This document shows, in pieces, positions 1 to 9,900 of a DNA stretch of 64,000 nt. Position 1 is the stretch's first letter, and every line of letters begins with the position of its first letter. The notes under the pieces are model-generated. The model made no database searches and had not been told where the DNA came from. It was given only the letters and a program-made list of their open reading frames with translations. Both the position numbers and the translations under genes were made by a program. This DNA comes from Antedon mediterranea (Eukaryota > Animalia > Echinodermata), in the NCBI RefSeq assembly GCF_964355755.1, contig NC_092677.1, positions 7,338,101-7,402,100 on the forward strand. Reading direction: 5' to 3'.

Positions 1-495
1 GAAGTTAAATACAAGGCTGACTGCTTGAGGAAACTCAATTCTTTGGGGTAAAGCAGGATATTTGTACTATAGAATGTTTTACTAATCAGTGATGTTCTAT
101 TTGGGGATATTGTATGTTGGGCTGAGAATATTTAGTAAGTGAATGTGGGGATCACCAAATTGAGAAGGTGCTGGGAGCGGGGAAAGTATAAATTGGCTTG
201 TCTATGCAATTGCTTGCCGATGTATTCCATGCTATATTGGAAGACATGAATCATCCTCTTCATTGCGACATTATCAGCTCCGTTTTGCATTCGTTATTGT
301 AACGTTTTTTTTTAACAGAATTTAAGCATTATAAGAATCCACACAAAGAGGCTGGCTAGGCTGAGACATGCCTACTTCCTCAATCATCAGTCCTAAAAAC
401 GCCGGGTCTAGGCCTATACAACACCCGGTGTCAATCAAAATCTTATCTTCTACAGCTGCTAGCCTAGCTTTAAAAAATATATTACAATAATTTAC

Positions 496-546
496 CTCGC
501 TCTTTCTGGAGCCAACGCGAATAACGTTCTCCGTCTCATCTGCCAT
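496..546 (-). CDS. HMBS: Porphobilinogen deaminase (hydroxymethylbilane synthase), first coding exon; the rest of the gene is not found in the window
   Basis: ATG at 546-544 encodes MADETENVIRVGSRKSE (the IRVGsRkSq/e N-terminal motif of HemC/HMBS), followed by a GTAAA donor at 495. No further exon recognised in 1-495. Confidence 0.8.
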
Positions 547-689
547 GTCCTCAAATTTGCATTTAATGTTTTGGAAATTGCGTATATTTCACGTTTTTTA
601 TGACATGTGTGCGTTTCACTAGCTGTATTTATTTATTCGATCGCCCAAAAGTCATGAATTATAGTTCGCGTTTAGTATTTAACTGACCT

Positions 690-765
690 TTACTTCCGTG
701 TCAATTGTGACCAATGAGAACCGACATTTAACCTAATCTATAATGGGGGGGAGGGGCCGGCGGGA
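690..765 (-). promoter_or_regulatory. Probable HMBS proximal promoter elements
   Basis: ETS-like ACTTCCG (~692), CCAAT (~711) and a G-rich GC-box-like run (745-765), 150-220 bp upstream of the ATG. Confidence 0.4.
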
Positions 766-1057
766 GAGAGACCACCAACAGTTTTTTTTACCCGAAAAAA
801 ATTTAAAATACAGTATATCCAATTATTAATACTGTACACATTAGATTATAAACAATATTTACCCGATAAATTCAGGTTTGGTTACATTTACCGAAATGAA
901 ATAAATCATGATTTTTGTCTTCTGTGAAATGGCCTACTTACTGTATTGATGTTCGTCTTATTCGTTATAAAGTAATTCTTGCCAAATTTATCAGCTTCAA
1001 CTTTCTCCTAAATTGTGCAAATTACAATGCAAAAGATAGGTTACTAGTTTGACTTAA

Positions 1058-1683
1058 AGACCCCTTCCCTGCAATTTTGGACGTTTTTTGGAAAATAATA
1101 CATATATATCACTTTAAAAACATTAAACCATGTCATTCCTTGTCTTAAATGTACGTTTTATGGTAAATTATGATAAAAAGTGAGAAACAATGCACTACCT
1201 AAGTAGCTCGCGGCGATCGACCTCTCGTGGACGGTCTTAGGCCTAGCCTGGCTAGGCTTAGTTTTGTAGGCCTAGCTGGTAAACATCGGTAACGTGCGAA
1301 CATCGTACGCTAGCTATATACCTAGCCTGACGTTGTATAGTTGCTGCATTAATTGTCTTTCTATTTTTGCCAGACTCCGTTGATACAAATTGGGGAAAAC
1401 CCGGTATTTTTGCTGAAAAGTTAGGAGTCTTCCATTTGTTTTGGCCTCACGATCGATCGAAAAGTGGGCGAATTACAGGTGAAAAACAAAAATATCAATC
1501 CGCGCGCAATGCATTTTGGGATTTATAGCGGGCCGCTATAATTATTAAAATCGACTTATTTTTCACATTTTTAACCGTTTAAAGACAAAAAAAGTTATCG
1601 CAATAGGACCATATAGTATTATTTTTACATTAAATATAGTTTGTGATCTTAAATTAGATCTAAAAAACGTAGGGAATGGGGCT
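1058..1683. mobile_element. Non-autonomous Kolobok-like DNA transposon (TTAA TSD, AG...CT ends)
   Basis: TTAA at 1054-1057 and 1684-1687; imperfect TIRs AGACCCCTTCCCT / AGGGAATGGGGCT; a homologous inverted copy lies at 54704-55155. Confidence 0.8.
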
Positions 1684-1814
1684 TTAACTTTGCCATATAA
1701 AAAAAATCAACCCTTTGAGGTGACAGGGCATTATTCTGCCATTTTGGTTTTTTAATCAAACCAGTCAAAGATGGTACATCATGGTTTAAAGATCAAATAT
1801 CAGGATCTGCTGCC

Positions 1815-1945
1815 GTATTCACCAATTAACAAATTCTCGACGTGAATACCATGAACAAATCAAATACTGTATAACTATATTAACTTAAATGTGAAAAAGT
1901 GAAATGTATATAGAGAAAATACAGTAATATGCAATTGGTGAATAC
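1815..1945. repeat. Small inverted-repeat (MITE-like) element
   Basis: 13-bp perfect inverted repeat GTATTCACCAATT (1815-1827) / AATTGGTGAATAC (1933-1945). Confidence 0.4.
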
Positions 1946-2618
1946 AACTATGGCACCTACTGGTGCCTGGAAAAAGAAATTGCTTGGTCTACGATTTTGA
2001 TTCACCTATAATAGTATTATAACACAGATATATTTGTATTGTCCCAAGTGTATCCCTGCCGTTTGATTGCTGTGCATCATTTGGTTATATTCTCACTGTT
2101 AAGTGGTATATTGCACACATTTAGCAACAAGAATTATGTTCAATGCGAAGATGCAACTGATGCATATTTAACCTGTAGTGTGTATGGATGACTCTAAACT
2201 CTGCAGCTAAATACGGTCTATTTAACACGACCTTATTAAATAGAGCATACTATTCGTTCAACTCATGAAAATATTATATCTTTTCAACTTAAAAACATTA
2301 TTGGTATAATAAATAATCTACATTTTCATGTCATTTTTGTATTTATATACTGTATACTAATGAAGAGTTTTTATTTTGTTTTTCTGTGTTTTGCATTGAT
2401 ATTTGATATTAACTATTTCTACTTTTAGATAATGTCTTGTGTTTGATAATGAATAACACAAGTACTGTAGACATAAGATTGATTTGTTGCTTATTTGCAA
2501 TGGTTTACAGTTGGCATAAAAAAAAAACACACAATATATATTTTACAGCCAGTGTTGACAACTTTCTCTGCCTTTTTATTCACAAAATCTGTTAATGGTT
2601 GTTACATAGTTGCTTGCT

Positions 2619-3896
2619 TTATTTAGGTGCATTCTTCGATTTCACCTGTGCTGCAATCCTGTTAAGATCTCGGTGTCCTTGACTTGTTAATCGACGACCA
2701 CTGTAATTGGAAAAAAATGAAAACAATTAAATCAGGCATCATACATACCTAAATTATACATTTGTATTCATATCTAATTGATACATTCTTGTTTCTGCAT
2801 CATTTTTAGGACATAAACAGTTGTTGTTCAAACTAAGCATCTTAATTGACAACGGGGTTGGTATGTCAGATGAAAAAAATGTTGTGAGGAAAAAAACTAT
2901 TACTGGGCTGAAATAGAAAAACAAATAGACGTCGCTATAGAAAAATCACTTTAAACAAAAAACATTCATCAGAGAGAGTCTTATTAAATCATTATTGATT
3001 ACAAATATTACCTATTAAATATCAAATACCTGTCTTATTAAAACATGTGACTTGTCACTAACCTGTTATCCTTTCTCTCAACAACTCTAATTGATTCTAA
3101 TGACTTGCAAACGCTACGAGCAACATTTTTAGATCCTTTGCAGAAGTGACTTGGCTTTGTGCCTCGACGCTTGCGACCTAGAATCAATAAAATTTAAATA
3201 TAAATAAAGCTAAATATAATTATGTTTTTTTTTCTATTGAATTTTGACATGACAAGCTGCAATTGTTATGAATTTCCAGGCCTGACAAAAAATAACTCGG
3301 CTACTGACCTCCATAGACTTTTGTCATGGCTCCAACACCGACTCCACCCCTCATGTAAAGGTGTCTGGCTACCGATGCTGCGCGAATGTAGTACCAGTCG
3401 GCATCATAAGGGGACAATTCCTTGTGAACACCAAGTTTAACCATGTCAACCCAATCAGGTATCTTCATTTTGCCAGACCTAAAAGTAGACAATCATAAAA
3501 AAAATAAATAATTTCACCACCATGTACATGTCAACTAAAGGTCAACAGAGAAATATTACAGAAATCCTTAATTGTTGTTATAAAATACACAAAGAGAATG
3601 AAAATATAACCAAATTCTAATTTTTCACCATCAATTTCTGTATTTATTTCAGATACAGCGAGCATCCGTAGAAAGATTTATTAGGTAAAAATATTATTAA
3701 TAGAGTAAATTTATTTAGTATAAGGAATTGTCAAAATGATGAACAATTTTTTGTTATATCTTTTAAAATCATAATTCATATATTATTTTATAAACAAATA
3801 GTTGAAAATGTGAACATACTTTTTAAAGAAGGCAGCAAGGGCCTTAACAAATTCATGTTGGTCCACATCCTTGACTGTACAGCCACCAGCAGACAT
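2619..3896 (-). CDS. RPS19: 40S ribosomal protein S19 (eS19), 147 aa, 4 coding exons: 3896-3820, 3478-3309, 3177-3063, 2700-2619
   Basis: Spliced translation [71 protein letters not shown]...[19 protein letters not shown]; all introns GT-AG with matching phases. Confidence 0.97.
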
Positions 3897-4726
3897 CTAC
3901 AACAAATTTAAAAACAATTAAAAAAGAACAATTATCCAGTATTGTATTAAAAGAAAATAATTACAGAACCAGTAATTGCAAAGAGATGACATGACAATAT
4001 AAACATAACATAAATGTTTAATAATGTTGATAGTTTTATTAGTAGTATGAAATAAAAATTATTATAATATATTAAATAGGATACAAAAATAGAATATTAC
4101 GAAGAAAAAAAAGATAGAAGATGTATAAAAAATTAAATTGGAAAAAATGAATGAATAAAGGTGGTTGATAAAAATAAAAGATGACCAATTTAAGGACATC
4201 ATGTTAATTTTTTAAAATGGTTCAAATTTACTGTATTGTTCTTATACATTATGTACTTAACAAAGATTATCTACATCATTTTAACAAATTATAAAAGTTT
4301 GTTTGATATTGCCTAAAATAAATCCATCAAAAAAAAAAACACCAATATATAGGCCTACACAGTAAGCAAAACAGTTACAAACATAGCCAGGCTAGTCCTA
4401 GCGAATAGAATGGCCACTCTTATGTTTTAAAACCCATTTATAAAATAACCTAGGCCTACATGGTTAATGCGGTAGGCCCTCTGTTCCAATCGCCACCCTA
4501 CGTCAAGCCCCATCAGCCGGCATGCTTAGTTATTCAGATTATTTTTTTTTATCAGGGCCTAACAATGTATTAGTATTAACACTCATTGTTCAATACATTT
4601 TTTGTACAAAAAACTAATTTTGAAATCACAACGTGTTTCTTAATCACTTATGAGTCTTAGTCTATATGATTATTCTAACACTTTTTCATAACAACCAAAA
4701 TTACACTGATGATCTAAGCACCTTAC

Positions 4727-4757
4727 TTTGCTTTTGGTTGCAGTAGCGAAAAGAGAA
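4727..4757 (-). promoter_or_regulatory. RPS19: RPS19 non-coding exon 1 with TCT initiator / 5'TOP pyrimidine tract
   Basis: Minus strand reads TTCTCTTTTCGCTACTGCAACCAAAAGCAAA|GTAAGG; the acceptor AG sits directly before the ATG at 3896. This is typical ribosomal-protein gene architecture. Confidence 0.75.
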
Positions 4758-5441
4758 CGAGACGGGTTTCTTTCTAAAAAATGTGTACTTGCGCGTTGGT
4801 AAAGATCGACACTTACGGTTCAAAATGTATGCTAAAAATAATTGCATTCTTACTCATTCATTCTTATGTAATTTCAAAAAATTTGACCAAAATGGTACAT
4901 TAGTAATATATTAGTAGAGATTAAACGACTATTAATCATTGATTTAGGACAATTTAATTATTTTAATAAAGCGAATCGATTTCTGGGTTTATTTTTTCAC
5001 GTGTTGTTGTGCTTCTTTTCTCGTCATTTCGGGGTGGTAAAAATAGGTGGCGCTACATAATTATAACAGTCAGAGCCATAATTATTATATAAATATAAAT
5101 ATACAGTTATAAACAAATCAGGCAAAGAACATTAATTCTAAACTGCCCGGTGATATACTGAAATTTAATTAATTAATTTGAAACGATAAAGATGAGGAAT
5201 ATAAATATATATATATATCACCGGGCGGTTTGGAATTTATTTCTATGCCTGTTGTGTTTATAGGCCTATATATATATATATAAATCCAAAGGCAAATTAC
5301 TGAAAAAAATGACAATGCTGTGGGTATCAGTGGCTGGATCTCAATGGAGATACAAAAATAACAAGCACGAATGTGCAATACTCGGGGTACAGCGAAAGAA
5401 GCTGTATACAGACGTATACAGTTAGAAAGTTAAAGAAAAAT

Positions 5442-5513
5442 AGGTTTCGCCAGGGCTCGAACCGGGACCTTCTGCGTGTTAAGCAGACTTGACAACCACT
5501 ACACTACGAAACC
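5442..5513 (-). tRNA. tRNA-Val(AAC), slightly degenerate (possibly a pseudogene)
   Basis: GGTTTCGTAGTGTAGTGGTTGTCAAGTCTGCTTAACACGCAGAAGGTCCCGGTTCGAGCCCTGGCGAAACCT: intact acceptor and anticodon stems, A/B boxes and a T5 terminator just downstream; mismatches in the D- and T-stems. Confidence 0.75.
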
Positions 5514-5722
5514 TCTTACATTAAAATTGTGGGTTACAGAAAGTTTTTTAATCCATTTAAATTACAAATAAATGGTAATAAGCACAAAGCAAAATAAACA
5601 TGTGTAAAAGTGATAATTACCGATTACACAAAATAAGTATTTTAAAAAATAATAATAAGATATACTGTGTATAATTATCATATTGCGTATACAGTACTTT
5701 TCACCATAAAGTTTAAAAAAAA

Positions 5723-5795
5723 AGGTTTAGCCCGGGCTCGAACCAGGTACCTTCTGCTTATTGAGCAAACGTGATAACCACTACGCCAAGAAGCC
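5723..5795 (-). pseudogene. tRNA-Val-derived pseudogene (anticodon loop mutated to TCAATAA)
   Basis: GGCTTCTTGGCGTAGTGGTTATCACGTTTGCTCAATAAGCAGAAGGTACCTGGTTCGAGCCCGGGCTAAACCT: Val body, acceptor-stem mismatches, U33>C; poly-T follows. Confidence 0.7.
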
Positions 5796-5940
5796 GCATA
5801 GTATAAAGCTGGCAAGTGCTGCCTGGGTGGACGTCAGGAATAAAAGAAATATAACAAAGGGAGCCATATATGTATATATATGGCTCTGATAACAGTTTCA
5901 ATATATGGCTTTTATGGCTATTTTATTTGCTTTACTAAAT

Positions 5941-6265
5941 GTGGGTGAGTGGCCGAGCGGTTAAGACAGTGGAACCGTAATCACGTAGCCATAACATCGG
6001 CAGGGGTTCGAGGCTCACTCACTCCATGGTTCTGGTGGTAGAACGAGTCTTCTCGGCCGGATAAGGACTATAAACCGTAGGTCCAGTGTACACAACTTGC
6101 TCGTGTGCACTTTTTAAAGAACCTAGTACATCTTTCGAGACGAGTAGGGGGTTACCCCGGTGTATTAGTACATCACAGCCACTGATCACCAACTGGGCCC
6201 TCTGGGAGACCAGTCTTTGACTGAAGAGGTTACCCAGTATAAATATATATTTCAATTCAATCAAT
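5941..6265 (+). mobile_element. Full-length tRNA-derived SINE with Deu/Nin-type central domain
   Basis: tRNA-like head with A box TGGCCGAGCGG and B box GGTTCGAGGC ending CTCCA; central GATAAGGACTATAAACCGTAGGTCC...TTAAAGAACC...GAGTAGGGGGTTACCCCGGTGT resembles the DeuSINE/Nin domain; 3' stem-loop and TTCAA-type tail. Confidence 0.8.
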
Positions 6266-6911
6266 GGCTTATTGAACAAAAAAAAAATAACCGCGCCCCG
6301 AACACGTAAGCCTACGTACTGAATACTAAAAATACATTTAGCGTTGCTTCTAACCGTAGGCCTACCCGTAGCTGAATTGCTATTAGTTTTCGTTAAAAAT
6401 GCAAAATTCGTTAAAAATAACAAAATCTTTATTGATATCTATACACATAAAATGGGAGTATCTATATAAACGTAGGAATTGAAATAATATCAGATCATGC
6501 AAATTTAGTTCGAGTTATGATAGTTAATATTTTTCTACTATCTATATATAGCCTAAATCACTGTTTTTAACAGTACCTGTACTTCAAGATAGTTGAGTAG
6601 GCTAAGCATACACAACCTTGAGTGTCATTATATGACGTCATTTCAAATACACGTTACAATAAAATTTGAAAATAAAAACTATATATTGTTGTACTGTGTA
6701 AAGTCGTCGTCTTGCCCCCGATGTTTTATGAATGTTTATATAAACCACATTTCAAATGGATAGCCCATAGCCTGATAAATCTTAATGCAGGCTATTTTAA
6801 GAAGTGCAACATAGGCCCTATACTGAAATATCTCACTCGTACGCTACACAGCGTGAGATATATTAATTTCAAATTAATAATTAGGCTTTAAAACCTAAAG
6901 CCTCCTATGTT

Positions 6912-9900
6912 TTATGCAGGATGATCATCATCTATGGATTCTGTATCTTCGTCGTTACAATTTGTCGCCCAGTCTTGTACTTCACCACTGCCAAAGATCA
7001 TAAAAGCAACTACCCCAAATATCTGCAAACCGGGAACTATACAGAAAATTATTCTCCACTGATAAATTGTATTCTAAGTGAAAACAAAAAATATACCACA
7101 TAGATATTAATGAAATGATGAATGAAGGTAATATCGAATGATAGAAATATGAATACAATGATAAATCGTCCTAACTTTCATAACCAATGATCAATGTTAA
7201 AACATCTGCCTCGTCATATTTCAAGGGAAAATAGTTCACGTTTTCTATTTCAATTTTCATTAGGCCTATATTATTCGATTTATAATTCAGCGACTTGGGG
7301 AGACCAGGGTGGTCAATCTAGGTGAACTTAATTACTGTAGCTGAGCCGGTTGACCCAATCCCAAAGTCAGTTTACACATAAAATACAGTTAAACTTTAAG
7401 TTAGGCGAATCAAAATGAATGTGAACTTTTTTAATGAAGGCTGATGGGCTTTAGGACTGCAGCATCTGTCAATGGTCTGGGAAGCTTGTCCGAGACACAG
7501 GGTAATCGGATCTGACGTGGCCTAAATATGCATCTTCTCTGAGTAGCGGTAACCAACTCCAAAGGAGGGGATCTTTATAAGTGGCAGCAGACGCCACAAA
7601 TAATGTATGGTTAATAAACAAAATGCACCGTAAAATATTTAAAACTGAAAAGACGTTTTTGTTATCTTACATGTGTGTGTGTAAAAAGACCAACCACGGC
7701 TGGAGCAATGAAACCAGTAGTCGTTGTAACGGCGTAAATTATACCAATTAATAAGCCGGCATGGTTTGGTGCTATGTCCATTGTATTTGAACCAATTGCT
7801 GGTGGACCAAGTCCATATACCCCAAACACTAATGTTGTTAAAACTACAGATAACATGACGTCATTAGCCACGTAACCAATTAAAACGAGTAAAATTGATG
7901 ACAATCCAAAACCTGGAAAAATATGAAAATAAATGTTAAAGGTATTGTCCCCGAAAAAATGAAGATTAAGCAAATCAGACTACTTTGAATAGTTTATTTT
8001 GTAGTTTTAATAAAATTAATCACTTCCGTAGGGAAAAATGTTTCAGCTTATAAAAAAACAAAATAAATGGTTAAGTTCAACCAAAAACTTCACAGGTTGG
8101 CGGTCAGTTTTACTATCTTCTGCTTTAAATTACAGTTTTTTTTCAGATAAATACTTTTATTATTTTTTTCAGGGGGACAATCTTTAATAAAATCATCATC
8201 AGTTACGCCTCGTCCTTGCATGATGCTACTAAAGTAGTTACCTAACCGAGCAATAAAATGTAATATTATAAACTTACCAACACAAATATATAACTTCCGA
8301 GTAGATAAAATGCTTATTCGTCCACTAGAAATTATTTTGTCCATAATAATTCCGCCAAATATTATAACAATTGAAAAAGCAACATTCGGACCAACAGTAA
8401 GTAGACCACTCTATATTAAAATCAGGTATTGGTAATTAGCTTCAATAATAGGCCTAATAGGTTAATTTCATTTTATTTTTACTGATTTTTTTTTTATTTC
8501 TTTTATTTCTGGGTGACCTATTCAATACAAAACTGTTCGCACAGAAAACAATTAAAACTCAGAAAACACTTATCTTTGTATTTTCTCATGTTCTAAGTGT
8601 AAAAAAATACATTTATAGGGCATATTTGTTCTTTTCTGATGTGTCGATAACAATTTAAAAAACTAACGGGAACATCCACCAATCATTAGCATTCCTAATC
8701 TTAGATCATGAAAGGCATTAATATAACAAACATTTGTTAGATAGTCCCCCTTATATTTATTTTATTTATTTTAGGCAAGCCAAGGTTTATGAGCACTGTA
8801 ATTTCCATTAATATTTTGGACAATAAATGAATCTGTATCTGTATCTGTATCTGAATAAACATATTTAGTTTCCCGCCTTCCGGAAGGGACAAGATCACTG
8901 GTAGATAGATAATCTTGAATTTATTTTGGGATAATTTCATATAAAACTTTCAATTCAACGGTTTCATCATAGACCTTATAATTACCATTTTTGTGTCAAA
9001 TCCCAAAATCGTTTGAAAAAACGTGGGAATATCGGAGTACAACAGGAAATATCCGTATTCATAGCCGAAATTGCAGAGACACAGTGACAAGACAGGCGCT
9101 GACGTAAATATTTTCTTCCAAGGTACTGGATAATTCTGCATAATTAATATTATTTCAATAAAAATGTAAGCTACCTCAAAATATCATGCAGATACCAGAG
9201 CAAGTTGAAATGCAACAGTATTCGACGTTACTGATTGTCTTAAAAGTAAGAAGGGCAATTCAAACAAGGCAATCTAACAAAAAGGCAATTTTAATGTCAG
9301 CAGTATAATCTGTATAGGCCTACTCCACGGCGCGCGGTGTCTGTTGAGAGGGGGGCGTGGAGCTGATCGTGCGCGCGGTGTCTGTTGAGGGGGGCGTGGA
9401 GCTGATCGTGCGCGCGGTGTCTGTTGAGGGGCGTGGAGCTGATCGTGTCGCAGCCACAGAAACGCTTTTGAACTCCGGAGCTCAGCATCCTGTTATTAGA
9501 TTGCCTTGATTTAAAATGTTAAAATTCAAATGATTTGTTTAAAATTACATCTGCGGATGACAAGTCCAGGTTTGTTATTTGTTGCAGAGGCACGGAAATC
9601 AATAAAAATAAGATTTTACATTCACTTCTTCTGGTTGCCATTGTAATATTAAATTTCTTTCATAGTCGGATATCCAAGGATGGTTAGCTGCTCTACTTGA
9701 TCCTATAAAATACCATGTAATGCACCACAATGCACCCAACATCCCTTTAAAAACACAATATTGCAGTTTATTTAAGTTGACTTCATTTACATTAAAAAAC
9801 ATATATACAATAGTCCTATGTTTTAATTTCATACGCATTCAAGAGCGAGCAACTCGCCAATTACATGATGGATAAAAGTATTCTAAAATGTATCGTGCGT

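Larger units (their letters stand above)
5071..5888. mobile_element. TIR-bounded 818-bp element with 8-bp TSD (P- or hAT-like) enclosing two tRNA-Val sequences
   Basis: ATAACAGT at 5063-5070 and 5889-5896; 10-bp perfect TIR CAGAGCCATA / TATGGCTCTG. Confidence 0.6.

Noticed and set aside
496-3896. HMBS next to RPS19, and PRMT5 near RBL, as functional gene clusters
   Set aside because: The links come from vertebrate biology; these are housekeeping genes in a gene-dense region, with no shared regulatory evidence in the sequence.
5723-5795. Anticodon-switched tRNA (Val body, AAT/Ile anticodon) as a functional mistranslator
   Set aside because: U33 is lost and the acceptor stem has several mismatches, so pseudogene decay is the simpler explanation.
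6221-6240. CTGAAGAG as a hammerhead ribozyme core
   Set aside because: No downstream GAAA or properly arranged stems; it is part of the SINE 3' stem-loop.
6019-6423. 134-aa minus-strand ORF
   Set aside because: It is antisense to the SINE, has a non-ATG start and shows no protein features.
9297-9488. 63-aa ORF with repeated HRAHDQLHAPL
   Set aside because: Translation of the ~39-bp tandem repeat inside a MITE.
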